Assembly (NCBI GenBank): GCA_024276825.1
Contig: JAJRWI010000003.1
Coordinates: forward strand, 27,323-91,322
DNA length: 64,000 bases
Direction of reading: 5' to 3'
Origin: an archaeon
GTDB taxonomy: Archaea > Asgardarchaeota > Thorarchaeia > Thorarchaeales > Thorarchaeaceae
Shown here: piece after piece, positions 10,268-20,222 of the stretch
Layout of the letters: each line of letters opens with the position of its first letter
Numbering within the stretch: the first letter of the stretch is position 1
Made by a program: the position numbers and the translations under genes
Notes under the pieces: generated by a model
Database searches by the model: none
What the model was told of the DNA's origin: nothing
What the model saw: only the letters and a program-made list of their open reading frames with translations

Positions 10268-12537
10268 ACCAAGCACAGGAACGCGAGATTGCCCCAAAGA
10301 GGAAACGCATGCTGGATATGATCATGGTCCTCGGGGGACTAAAAGAAGAGTCTGCAGTACCTCTTAGCAAGGTCAAGGAGGAACTTCAACACCTGAGGTC
10401 TGAACTCGAACCCATCATGGGAGAGATTCTCGAGTTTCCAGAGATGTTCTTTGCGGAGTTTATTGAAACAGCAGAGAGACTCAGTCTTATAGATGAGGTC
10501 AATGACCAAGGCGTTTTAAATAAGGCAATATCAGATCTGAAGCAGTCATTGGATGTTTCTTCATCTCCATCTCTTGAACATCTTCTAGAACACTTGACCA
10601 ATGCTTTGGGCAGATTTGAGGAAAAGATGGATGAAACAGAAGTAACCACCACTGTTGATTTCTCCACCACCATCTCGGAGATTCCTGAGATTATTGCAAG
10701 AATCGATGAGGGAGTCAGCAAGTACGAAATTGATGCCAAGGCGGAGGCAGAGGCGGCCCGTGAGGAGCTTGAGAGGCTTGTTAATGAATTGCAGGAGATC
10801 TTGACCGAACATGAATCGCAACCAAAACCACCCCTTGATCTGTTGGATTCTTTCCAGAAATTGGGCACAAAGACAAGATATGGCCCATTCTTGAGGATTG
10901 CAGCACAGATAAAGCGTGGAGTTCGCGAGGGCCGAATTAGTGAAGGCCGCTCTGTGGAGTTGGTTTCAAAGAATGCCCTGATTGAGCTCTATCGTGGTCT
11001 CATAATGCACACTCTAAACAAGATGGGTTCCAAGACAACAGTTCAACTTGCGGAAACTTTGGATGTCGACCCGAGTCTGATCCAGTCTGCAATTGTTTCA
11101 ATGCTAAAACGTGGCGAGATTGAGATGGTGGGCCTTGATGGAGATGCACCATTGTTCTCGCGAGTCCTTGGAAAGACCCCTAGTACGACTCTGTCAGTCA
11201 AGGCGATAATTCAACAGCTTCGTGTAATCCGATCATCTGTTGAGGGTGAAGCACTAGCAACACTTGATGAGTGCATCAAGAAACTTGGAGGGATATTCGG
11301 TCGGCTTCAGATTCTGGGCGAGTATGATGAAAACCCCCTGTCAGAACCAGTAAATCAGCTCCGTGAGATTGTTAACTCGTTGATTGAGGCTACAATGACT
11401 CTGAAGTCCACGGATGATGCCGAGGATTTGAGGCTTTTAGTGTCGGCGGGTCTTGAGGCCTTTGCACGGTTCAGACTGAAAATCACTCTCGAGAAAGGCC
11501 CGTACCTAGTCAGTGACGTGAATGCATATGGTGAACAACTTGATCCGGAGAGGTACGCCCAGATAATGGACTCGTACCTCGAGAATGAGATCGAGCGTAG
11601 CACACTCTTAATACTCATACGTGAACTGGGGGCCATGACTGCGGAGGACCTCGCAGAACGCACGGGGTTTCCACAGGATCGCGTGTTTCGCCACCTACTC
11701 AGGATGAAACGTGATGAACTTCTCACGATTGCAGGAGAGAGGCATGGCTACATCCTGTACGATGTGCCAAGAACTCCTAATGAGGCAGAGGTAATCCTAC
11801 AGACAGTAACCTCAATAGCACCACAGATTGCCAATGCCAGAAAGGAACTCGAATCGAGCCTCAAGGACATCAAGGCTGAGGACATTGGCCGGCTGGCGAA
11901 TGCGTTGGAGGTGTTCTCCAATGCGAGGGATAAGATGTCTAAGATCTCAGTCAAGGGTGTTTCTATTGCAGAACAGGTCCTGAAGAATATTAAGGACAAG
12001 ATCCACTCCGCTGTTGTTCTGGCCTATAGAACACGTGCAAAGCTTCCAAGCACACGCTCCAAGGTCACAATTGAAGACCTCGTTGATGTGGATGTCCCAA
12101 CAGTCCTCGATGAGTACCGTGATCAAATGGGTTATGCCCCACTCCTTGGGTTTGGCACTATCAACTGGGATCATTCCAAATGTCTGGGCTGCAAGTCATG
12201 CGAAATCTCATGTCCTGAGGATGCAATCCTGCTCAAGCCAATTATTAAAGTTTCAAACTTCTTTGAACTCACAGGGGAGGCACTCGAAAAGCTTCCTAAG
12301 AACAAGTCATTGTTCTACCAAACTGTACAGAACCTTGCTGCAAAAAAGCCCATTGAAGATATTGTTTTAGAGAATGATATACCAGGCTTTGGGACGATTG
12401 AGGTGGACCTCTGGCTATGCGTTGCTTGCCGCACATGCGTACGCAGATGCCCTGGTGTTGATGAGGGGGCCCTTGAGCTGGAGTTGAAGTGGAGTCTTCC
12501 AGAAGTTGTTCGTCACCTCACTACCGAGTCCCAGTAG
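10264..12537 (+). CDS. Large helical protein with two winged-helix modules and a C-terminal 2x[4Fe-4S] ferredoxin
   Basis: CLGCKSCEISCP and CVACRTCVRRCP; wHTH-like segments (TTVQLAETLDVD.., TAEDLAERTGFP..); ATGA overlap with upstream gene. Confidence 0.75.
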   Translation: MNQAQEREIAPKRKRMLDMIMVLGGLKEESAVPLSKVKEELQHLRSELEPIMGEILEFPEMFFAEFIETAERLSLIDEVNDQGVLNKAISDLKQSLDVSSSPSLEHLLEHLTNALGRFEEKMDETEVTTTVDFSTTISEIPEIIARIDEGVSKYEIDAKAEAEAAREELERLVNELQEILTEHESQPKPPLDLLDSFQKLGTKTRYGPFLRIAAQIKRGVREGRISEGRSVELVSKNALIELYRGLIMHTLNKMGSKTTVQLAETLDVDPSLIQSAIVSMLKRGEIEMVGLDGDAPLFSRVLGKTPSTTLSVKAIIQQLRVIRSSVEGEALATLDECIKKLGGIFGRLQILGEYDENPLSEPVNQLREIVNSLIEATMTLKSTDDAEDLRLLVSAGLEAFARFRLKITLEKGPYLVSDVNAYGEQLDPERYAQIMDSYLENEIERSTLLILIRELGAMTAEDLAERTGFPQDRVFRHLLRMKRDELLTIAGERHGYILYDVPRTPNEAEVILQTVTSIAPQIANARKELESSLKDIKAEDIGRLANALEVFSNARDKMSKISVKGVSIAEQVLKNIKDKIHSAVVLAYRTRAKLPSTRSKVTIEDLVDVDVPTVLDEYRDQMGYAPLLGFGTINWDHSKCLGCKSCEISCPEDAILLKPIIKVSNFFELTGEALEKLPKNKSLFYQTVQNLAAKKPIEDIVLENDIPGFGTIEVDLWLCVACRTCVRRCPGVDEGALELELKWSLPEVVRHLTTESQ

Positions 12538-12607
12538 ATTTCCCTGTAGGAGTCTACTTAAATCAAGGTGTGCATATTCTTGAATACTAGACTCTAAGAC
12601 TTGAGGC

Positions 12608-13816
12608 GTGAATGACTTGATAGACTTTTCACTCACAAATGACCAGAAGAATCTCCAAGGGAGGGCCAGAAGGTTTGCTCAAGAGTATATGATTCCATAT
12701 GCATACTACTATGACAGGACTGGTGAGTTTCCACATCCGATAATTCAGAAGTGCTGGGATGAGGGTCTAATGAACCTAGGCATCCCAAAGAAGTATGGTG
12801 GGCCAGGCCTTGGTATTCTTGATCAATGTATTGTAGTAGAGGAGCTTGCAGCTGGCTGTGCGGGGATGACTACCAGCATCTATGTAAATAGTCTTGGTGC
12901 AGAACCAATCATAATTGCAGGGAATGAAGAACAGAAGGAGAAATACCTTAGACTGCTCACTGAGGACTTGAGATTTGTTTCCTTTGCGTGCAGCGAGCCT
13001 TACATGGGCAGTGATGTAGCAGGAATTCGCACACGAGTACGAAAGGAAGGAGGCCATTATGTAATAAATGGTTCAAAGTTCTGGATTACTAATGCTCCTT
13101 ACGCTGACTATTTCACAGTGTTTGCCAGTCTGGACCCTTCCCAACGACATAAGGCCCTCTGTGCATTCATTGTTGATGCAGACTCCGAGGGATTAAGGAC
13201 TGGTCTCCCAGTCGAGAAGATGGGACACCGTGCCTCTACGACATCATCCGTCATCTTCAAGGATGTGAGAGTTCCTACAGACAACCTCCTTGGTAACGAA
13301 GGTGATGGCTTTGCCATTGCAATGCGAACATTCTCAATGACCCGGCCCGCAATAGCGGCGTTCGCAACAGGTCTCGCCCGTACCGCAATGGAGGTTGCAC
13401 GAAGTTATGTTTCTAAACGAGAGGCATTCACACAGAAGTTGCAGGAGTTTCAGGCGATTCAGTTCAAGCTTGCAGAGATGTATATCAAGATTGAGGCATC
13501 TAGAGTGTTATACATGAGAGCTGCATGGGCAGCTGATAATGGGGAGGATGCCACAGTGCCAGCCAGCGTGGCCAAAGCTTATGCGACAGATGCAGCCATG
13601 TGGGTGACAAGTGAGGCATTACAGATTCATGGGGGATATGGATATATCGACCAGTATCCAATAGAGAAGATGTTTCGAGATGCAAAGCTCTATCAAATAT
13701 ATGAAGGAACGAGTGAGATTCAACGTCTGATTCTCGGACGTCATGTGCTCTCTAAATATCAGCCTGCATTGGATAAGATCAAGAGATGGAAATCAATGAG
13801 TCCACCTGACTTTTGA
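12608..13816 (+). CDS. Acyl-CoA dehydrogenase
   Basis: ACSEP..GSDV, INGSKFWITNA, QIHGGYGY, IYEGTSEIQR. Confidence 0.95.
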   Translation: MNDLIDFSLTNDQKNLQGRARRFAQEYMIPYAYYYDRTGEFPHPIIQKCWDEGLMNLGIPKKYGGPGLGILDQCIVVEELAAGCAGMTTSIYVNSLGAEPIIIAGNEEQKEKYLRLLTEDLRFVSFACSEPYMGSDVAGIRTRVRKEGGHYVINGSKFWITNAPYADYFTVFASLDPSQRHKALCAFIVDADSEGLRTGLPVEKMGHRASTTSSVIFKDVRVPTDNLLGNEGDGFAIAMRTFSMTRPAIAAFATGLARTAMEVARSYVSKREAFTQKLQEFQAIQFKLAEMYIKIEASRVLYMRAAWAADNGEDATVPASVAKAYATDAAMWVTSEALQIHGGYGYIDQYPIEKMFRDAKLYQIYEGTSEIQRLILGRHVLSKYQPALDKIKRWKSMSPPDF

Positions 13817-13954
13817 CAGATCGGACTATGGCGCTAAGATTATCTATAATGTCAGGAGGCTCAATTCAGAACTTACATTATGCATTCCATAGAGAAGACA
13901 AGAACAGTAAGGTTCAGCAAAGTTCATTATTATTGGATAGATGATACAACTACG

Positions 13955-14050
13955 GTTTGTTATTCCACTATGTTGGTTATGAATCACTTAAAAAAGAGTC
14001 AGTTAGAGACCGTGAATCATGTTTGTTATTCCACTATGTTGGTTGTGAAT
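13955..14050. CRISPR. Orphan CRISPR-like mini-array: two 30-nt repeats and one 36-nt spacer
   Basis: GTTTGTTATTCCACTATGTTGGTTATGAAT (13955-13984) and GTTTGTTATTCCACTATGTTGGTTGTGAAT (14021-14050), 1 mismatch; no cas genes in window. Confidence 0.6.
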
Positions 14051-14079
14051 GGAGAGAAATGATAAATTGGTGAGAAAAT

Positions 14080-14457
14080 GTGATTATCAGACGTCTACGT
14101 GATCTTGACGAGATTGTTGCCCTTGACGGCACAAGACTGCGCGAGATCCTCAACCCGCTGCATGCAGATAAAGTTCTTAGATTAGACTATAGTCTTGCTC
14201 ATGCAATTGTGCCCGCAGGGCAAAAGTCCACCCCCCACAGGTTCTTTGAGGCCTCAGAAGTATATTATATCCTCCATGGGCGGGGCGTCATGCATATTGA
14301 TAACGAATCTTCCTCAGTTGGTCCAGGAGTCACTGTATACATACCGCCAAAGAGCATTCAATGGATTGAAAATACAAGCAATGAGGACTTGGAGTTTCTC
14401 TGTATCGTCTGCCCCCCATGGTTCGCTGAGTCCGAAGAAATCGTGAATGAGGACTAG
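14080..14457 (+). CDS. Cupin-domain protein
   Basis: STPHRF..SEVYYILHGRG...GPGVTVYIPP cupin motifs. Confidence 0.85.
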   Translation: MIIRRLRDLDEIVALDGTRLREILNPLHADKVLRLDYSLAHAIVPAGQKSTPHRFFEASEVYYILHGRGVMHIDNESSSVGPGVTVYIPPKSIQWIENTSNEDLEFLCIVCPPWFAESEEIVNED

Positions 14458-14510
14458 CCCTTTGATTTGCTGTGGCTATCATAGACCATATTTGATATCC
14501 ATTTGGAAAC

Positions 14511-14529
14511 TACTATCTTTATTATAGTA
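14511..14529. promoter_or_regulatory. Palindromic operator TACTAT-N7-ATAGTA upstream of the hemerythrin/PAS gene
   Basis: TACTAT CTTTATT ATAGTA; identical half-sites and spacing at 21624-21642. Confidence 0.55.
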
Positions 14530-14558
14530 TACATAATTAATTCCAATTGTGATTAACA

Positions 14559-15761
14559 ATGGTTAATAATGTTGAGGTAGTTAAAGAGATAATAAAGAAG
14601 CTACATGAGGGTGCAGATCCAAAAGAGGTTCAGGCAGAGTACTCTGAGTTTCTTGAGGAAACAACCACCACAGACATCTCACGAGCAGAGGAGGAGCTGA
14701 TTCGAGAAGGCATGCCTGTTGAAAAGGTCCGAAAGATGTGTGATGTCCATATTGCAGTGTTTCAGTCCCAATTGGAGAAGAACAATGACATCGCGCCGCA
14801 GGGACATCCCGTGAGCATTCTGATGAGCGAGCATAATGCTCTCCTCGAGATCTCAAAAGAGGTGTTTACCCTCACAAAAGCAATCATGGAATCTAGGCAG
14901 TCATCAGATGATATGTTAACACAATTGAGATATCTCGTACAGCAGATTAAGGACTCTGCAAATCACTATTTGAGAGAGGAGAATGTCCTTTTTCCACATC
15001 TTGAGAAACACGGGGTGACTCAGCCTCCTGCCATTATGTGGATGGAACACGATCAGATAAGAGAGGTGGAAAAGAAACTATTTGACATCTTCAACGGGTC
15101 CGATGAGGATGTCCTTCAGCAGGTTGCGACAGTGGAGCATCTAGCCCTCTCGCTCAATGAACTCCTCGCAAGCCATTTTTACAAGGAGAACAACATCCTG
15201 TTTCCAACGGCATTGCGCGTAATGGATGAAGACGAATGGCCCGAGGTGATGCATGGGTTCATGGACATCGGATTCTGTCCATTCACCCCAAGGTTCCCGG
15301 ATATATTCGAACAGATAAAAGCCACCCCAGAAACAACCGAGTCATCAGAAGGGTTGATTCAATTTGAAACTGGTGTATTGTCTCCTGAGATGATCGAGGG
15401 TATCTTTAACACACTCCCAGTAGACATCACCTTTGTAGATGCAGATGACAAGGTAAAATTCTTCAGCGAATCTGGAGGGCGGATATTTGTGAGATCCAAA
15501 GCTGTCATTGGCCGTAGCGTTCAGCTCTGTCACCCACAGAAGAGCATTGATATTGTAAATAGAATTCTTGATGACTTCCGAAACAACCGTCGTGACTCAG
15601 CAGATTTTTGGATCAACATCAAGGGGCGAATGATTTACATACGATACTTTGCAGTCCGCAACAGGGAGGGTAAGTATCTTGGCACCCTCGAGATGACTCA
15701 AGACATCACAGAGATTCAGAAACTCAAAGGCGAAAAGCGTCTTCTAGATGACTCACGATAG
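14559..15761 (+). CDS. DUF438 / hemerythrin / PAS domain protein
   Basis: MCDVH, GHPV..LMSEH, HYLREEN.LFP, MWMEHD, HFYKENNILFP; C-terminal PAS (LPVDITFVD...CHP). Confidence 0.88.
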   Translation: MVNNVEVVKEIIKKLHEGADPKEVQAEYSEFLEETTTTDISRAEEELIREGMPVEKVRKMCDVHIAVFQSQLEKNNDIAPQGHPVSILMSEHNALLEISKEVFTLTKAIMESRQSSDDMLTQLRYLVQQIKDSANHYLREENVLFPHLEKHGVTQPPAIMWMEHDQIREVEKKLFDIFNGSDEDVLQQVATVEHLALSLNELLASHFYKENNILFPTALRVMDEDEWPEVMHGFMDIGFCPFTPRFPDIFEQIKATPETTESSEGLIQFETGVLSPEMIEGIFNTLPVDITFVDADDKVKFFSESGGRIFVRSKAVIGRSVQLCHPQKSIDIVNRILDDFRNNRRDSADFWINIKGRMIYIRYFAVRNREGKYLGTLEMTQDITEIQKLKGEKRLLDDSR

Positions 15762-16065
15762 TCCTCCTTTCCAGCGCCTGCCAGACCAGTGGGCGCTGCC
15801 CCCTATTTTTCATTTATTAGATTATCACCGCTATGCCTTACTGATAGTGGTCCGATCCATCGGAATACCAGGCTTCAGACCTTATGTTCCTAGGCTAGAT
15901 TCATCTCAATAGGTAAGACTGCAGCTAGTGCATTGTTTTTTGTTAATTAGTCAACTATTTATTGGCACATCCAATAGAAGCACCAATTTAGTGGCATTGG
16001 AAAATATTGATATAGCTGTAATCGCGGGTGCGCACAAAGTACCGATACACCTAGGTGACAAAGCT

Positions 16066-18054
16066 TTGTCAGAAGACAAGATTACAGTTACATTAACCGA
16101 AGAGAGAAAGTTCCCACCTCCTGAGAGCTTCGTGAGGAAGGCGTACATCAAGTCCGCCGAGGAACGCGAGAAGCTCTGGAAGCAGTCTATTGAGGACCCT
16201 GATGGGTTCTGGCTCAAGGCTGCAAAGGAACTGTGCTACTGGAAAAAGGAACCGACTATTGGGTTCAACTGGATCAATCCCGAACGCGCCGAGTTCCGCT
16301 GGTTCGAGGATGGCATTACCAACATGGCTTACAACTGTCTTGATAAGAACATTGAGAAGGGTAAGGGCGATCAGATCGCTCTCATCTGGCAGGGTGAGCC
16401 CCTCGAAGAACACAAGACATATACATACAAGGAACTCCGCGATGAGGTCAATAAGGCTGCTAACGTCCTGAAGAGCTTGGGCCTCAAGAAGGGTGACAGA
16501 GTCACTATCTACCTGCCCATGATCCCAGAACTCGCAATTATCATGCTTGCCTGCACGAGAATTGGTGTCATTCACAGTATTGTATTCGGAGGCTTCAGCT
16601 CAGACTCGCTCAAGGACAGAATTCTCGATTGTGAGGGCAAGGTGCTCGTCACTGCTGATGGTTACTACAGAAGTGGAAAGACCATCGAGCAGAAGAAGGG
16701 TGCAGATGTCGCTCTCAAGGAAACCCCCAACGTTGAGAAGGTCCTCGTTGTTAAGCGTCTTGGAATTGATGTCCCATGGACAGAGGGACGTGATGTCTGG
16801 TATCATGAACTCATGGAGAATGCCAGCACCGAGTGCGAAACCGAGTGGCTCAATGCAGAGGACCCACTATTCATCCTCTATACATCAGGCTCAACAGGTA
16901 AGCCAAAGGGTGTGCTTCACACCGTTGGAGGATACATGGTGTACACCACTCATACATTCCTTCATATCTTCGACTGGCATGAGGGCGACGTCTACTGGTG
17001 TACTGCTGACATCGGTTGGATTACTGGCCACTCGTATATCATCTATGGGCCACTGTCTGCTGGTGCCACTACTATGATGTTCGAGGGCGTTCCAACATAC
17101 CCTGATGTCGACCGCTTCTGGCTCGAAGTGGAGCGCTGGAAGGTCAATCAGTTTTACACAGCACCCACTGCAATTCGCGCACTCATGCGATATGGAGATG
17201 AGCCCGTTCTCAAACACGATCTGTCAACCCTCAACCTGTTGGGCACAGTCGGTGAGCCCATCAATCCAGAGGCATGGTTGTGGTACCACAAAGTCATCGG
17301 TAAGGAGAAATGTCCTATAGTAGACACCTACTGGCAAACTGAAACTGGTGGCGTAATCATCACTCCATTGCCTGGAGCAACCCCAACAAAGCCCGGGTCA
17401 TGCACAAGGCCATACTTTGGGGTGGACCCTGTGATCGTTGACGAGTCTGGACAGCCCGTGGGTCCGAATGAGGGAGGTTACCTGTGCATCAAGAGGCCTT
17501 GGCCGGGTCTAATGAGGACTGTGTACGGTGACCACGACCGATTTGTGAACACCTACTGGGTGCAGTACAAAGATCCAGACACTGGCAAACCCATGTACAT
17601 GACTGGAGACGGTTCTAGGTTTGATGAGGACAATTATTTCTGGGTAATGGGACGAATTGATGATGTGCTGAAGGTATCAGGGCACAGACTGGGTACAGCA
17701 GAGATCGAGAGTGCACTAGTGGCACATCCTGCAGTTGCCGAGTGTGCAGTAGTCGGTTTCCCACATGACATCAAGGGTGAGGACATCTACGTATTCGTGA
17801 CCCTGAAGGCAGGAGTGGAGAAGACCGAGGAACTCAAGCAGGAGCTGAAGAAGCATGTGAGATCAGAGATTGGTCCAATCGCGACCCCAGCAAAGATCCA
17901 GTTCGCAGACGCCCTGCCAAAGACACGTTCAGGGAAGATTATGCGAAGGATTCTGAAGAAGATTGCTGCTGGTCAGATTGACGATCTCGGTGACACAAGC
18001 ACCCTAGCAGACCCCACAGTGGTCGAAACCCTCATCAAAGAGAGAATCGAGTAG
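16066..18054 (+). CDS. acs: AMP-forming acetyl-CoA synthetase
   Basis: YTSGSTGKPKG, DTYWQTETG, LPKTRSGKIMRR; TTG start at 16066 after GGTGA. Confidence 0.95.
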   Translation: MSEDKITVTLTEERKFPPPESFVRKAYIKSAEEREKLWKQSIEDPDGFWLKAAKELCYWKKEPTIGFNWINPERAEFRWFEDGITNMAYNCLDKNIEKGKGDQIALIWQGEPLEEHKTYTYKELRDEVNKAANVLKSLGLKKGDRVTIYLPMIPELAIIMLACTRIGVIHSIVFGGFSSDSLKDRILDCEGKVLVTADGYYRSGKTIEQKKGADVALKETPNVEKVLVVKRLGIDVPWTEGRDVWYHELMENASTECETEWLNAEDPLFILYTSGSTGKPKGVLHTVGGYMVYTTHTFLHIFDWHEGDVYWCTADIGWITGHSYIIYGPLSAGATTMMFEGVPTYPDVDRFWLEVERWKVNQFYTAPTAIRALMRYGDEPVLKHDLSTLNLLGTVGEPINPEAWLWYHKVIGKEKCPIVDTYWQTETGGVIITPLPGATPTKPGSCTRPYFGVDPVIVDESGQPVGPNEGGYLCIKRPWPGLMRTVYGDHDRFVNTYWVQYKDPDTGKPMYMTGDGSRFDEDNYFWVMGRIDDVLKVSGHRLGTAEIESALVAHPAVAECAVVGFPHDIKGEDIYVFVTLKAGVEKTEELKQELKKHVRSEIGPIATPAKIQFADALPKTRSGKIMRRILKKIAAGQIDDLGDTSTLADPTVVETLIKERIE

Positions 18055-18068
18055 TACTAGAAGAATAA

Positions 18069-18113
18069 GAGAGAGCCCTCTGGGCCTCTCAACTCTATTT
18101 TATTGTGTTTTTT
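18069..18113 (+). terminator. Hairpin plus T-rich tract after acs
   Basis: GAGAGAGCCC-TCT-GGGCCTCTC followed by T-rich run. Confidence 0.55.
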
Positions 18114-18319
18114 AGGTTGCGCGTGGATGCATAGAACTTACACAAAGTTGGACACCAATCAGACAGCTGTTTAATAGATAGCATCGAGAAATATAGGAGC
18201 TTAAGAAACATAATCAGATTCAAGACTGAATCTGAATCCAGTGTTGATACTGAGAGGACTGGATGCATTGTCCAATATTGTCCAACTTAATATGAACAAT
18301 GTTGACTGATGTTAGAAGA

Positions 18320-19051
18320 TCATTGTTCGAACATTTTGGTCTTCAGTAAGGCCTTTCCGACCGTGACCCCAATGATCGTGGCAAGCATCACTTTTAGAGG
18401 GGTGATGAACCCTGCACCCATCCATATGAGTTGCAGTTGTTCAATTGTCAGCCCATAGAATAGTGAGAATGTCATGCAGGGTACAAAGATGAATACTCGG
18501 AGGAGGATATCGGATTCAAGACCAATGACAATAGCAAAGATTAGGGCAAACAGTGTCTTCCGCTCCTTGCTTATAGACATGTGATCATTGATTTTCGAGG
18601 TTGTTATTATTGTAAACAGGATGACAAAGCAATAGCCAAGCAGGATGTCCCATATGCCCCATAATGGGAGGGCCCATGCCACAGGACTAAGAGAATAACC
18701 AAGGAGAAGCAGGGAGTAGATGGTCAAGACTGGTTTCCATCGTTCTTGATAAACAAGTCCCGCCATTAGTGTCCCGAGCGGCGCCCCAAGCATGAAGACG
18801 AGCTCATAGGGGTCTCGAAAGTAGATAAGATGTCCGAGGAAACCACCAAAGCCCACTGAAACCGCCCCAAGCACGGGCCCAAGGACTATGCCAATTAGTG
18901 GGCTCAGCAGGAACAGCCACGAGTCCCACACACCACTATAGAAACCCGGAATGATAGGGGTGGAGTCCAGTACCACCACGAGAGCTGTTGAAACTGCAAT
19001 TGTTGACACTGTTTTACTCTTTGTGCTTAGATCAATTGGCGACATGTACAA
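18320..19051 (-). CDS. Integral membrane protein, ECF S-component-like
   Basis: Multiple TM helices; LIGIVLGPVLGAV pattern. Confidence 0.6.
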   Translation of the reverse strand: MYMSPIDLSTKSKTVSTIAVSTALVVVLDSTPIIPGFYSGVWDSWLFLLSPLIGIVLGPVLGAVSVGFGGFLGHLIYFRDPYELVFMLGAPLGTLMAGLVYQERWKPVLTIYSLLLLGYSLSPVAWALPLWGIWDILLGYCFVILFTIITTSKINDHMSISKERKTLFALIFAIVIGLESDILLRVFIFVPCMTFSLFYGLTIEQLQLIWMGAGFITPLKVMLATIIGVTVGKALLKTKMFEQ

Positions 19052-19088
19052 AGTCTCCGGGACAATGATGCAATCTTGTTGGCAGTCC

Positions 19089-19412
19089 TTATCGAAACCT
19101 GCTCAGCATTCTTCTGAATCGAGACTTTCGCTTCTTTTTACGTTTTAATTCGTCTGGAATGGGAATACCATATCTCTTTGCAAGAACAAGCACAGTCATC
19201 TTAGCAGCAAGATTGAACTTGGAGTAGTTAATGAGAAACCTTTGAAGGGCGGACTCAATGTCATCCTCAAGCCAGTCGGTAGTATTGTCATCAAGGAGCG
19301 CCACGCCTGAGTTCAAGCAGATCTCCGCCATTTTCTCCCTCCCATAGATTCCAAGTCCACGTGCAACAAGGGTGGACACCAGTTCATCAATGCTTTCACG
19401 ACTTACTCCCAT
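19089..19412 (-). CDS. Small helical protein with basic tail, coupled to the ODP gene
   Basis: ATG at 19412 preceded by GGAGGT, overlapping the ODP stop. Confidence 0.65.
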   Translation of the reverse strand: MGVSRESIDELVSTLVARGLGIYGREKMAEICLNSGVALLDDNTTDWLEDDIESALQRFLINYSKFNLAAKMTVLVLAKRYGIPIPDELKRKKKRKSRFRRMLSRFR

Positions 19413-20137
19413 ACGCCAACCTCCAAGTTCCATAGTGTGTCAATCGCCTCGGGAATCTTCTCCTTGGTAATTATTGACCCATGTTGTGGACATATCAGTT
19501 CGATATCTAGACCCTTTATCTTTCTCAAAAAATTATGAACATGTCTTTGGTCAGACAGGTAGGGCTGGGAGAAGACCTTCATGGCCTCCAGATAATATTC
19601 GTTAGCATATAATGACCAGTCAATTGAAAATCCCGCAAAAATATCTGATGAGAATAGAATCTTTTCTTTTGTGTCATAAGTGACCATGGCTCCAGGAAAA
19701 TGCAAATAGGGTGTTGTGAGAAACAACAGCTCTCGGCCTTCCTCTCCAATCTCAATGCTCTCTCCATCACTAACAGAAGTCACTTCAGTATGAACACCAT
19801 AATAGGGAATGAACAGTGATGTGCGTTCGGTTGTCACAATCTCAAAGTTATTCACACCTAAGGCCTCTTCAATAAGGGGTATTGCACCACAGAGGTCGGG
19901 GTCTTGATGATGCACAATCACCATAGTGATCTTTTTCAAAGGGATAATGGATTCTATTTTCCTCTTGACCCAGCTCCAATGTTCGTCTAGACGTGAGCCA
20001 GGGTCAAACAAGACCACCTCATCGCCTTCAATAAGCAAGTAGGGATTGTTTGAAAACCCAGCATGGAAATCGGGCCATCCGACCCACCATACGCCAGGCT
20101 TGATCTCTACCGCCTTCTCGGGATCTATTTTTATCAA
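19403..20137 (-). CDS. Stand-alone MBL-fold di-iron protein of ODP (oxygen-binding di-iron protein) type
   Basis: HHQDPDL, LHFPG, FSSDIF, PQHG motifs; no flavodoxin domain, so not a full FprA. Confidence 0.78.
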   Translation of the reverse strand: MIKIDPEKAVEIKPGVWWVGWPDFHAGFSNNPYLLIEGDEVVLFDPGSRLDEHWSWVKRKIESIIPLKKITMVIVHHQDPDLCGAIPLIEEALGVNNFEIVTTERTSLFIPYYGVHTEVTSVSDGESIEIGEEGRELLFLTTPYLHFPGAMVTYDTKEKILFSSDIFAGFSIDWSLYANEYYLEAMKVFSQPYLSDQRHVHNFLRKIKGLDIELICPQHGSIITKEKIPEAIDTLWNLEVGVWE

Positions 20138-20222
20138 TGTCTTTTGCTCCCAGTCAAATTCTGATGGCAGGCATAGGGAGAATATAGAATATTATTGTTT
20201 CTTTGATGCATATGAGAGTAGA

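Noticed and set aside
13880-14062. 60-aa ORF with repeated VCYSTML peptide
   Set aside because: It is simply the translation of the two DNA repeats (period 66 nt); no other sign of coding
15772-15935. Series of short hairpins between the hemerythrin gene and acs
   Set aside because: The first is adequately explained as a terminator; the others are short, with no repeat or covariation support
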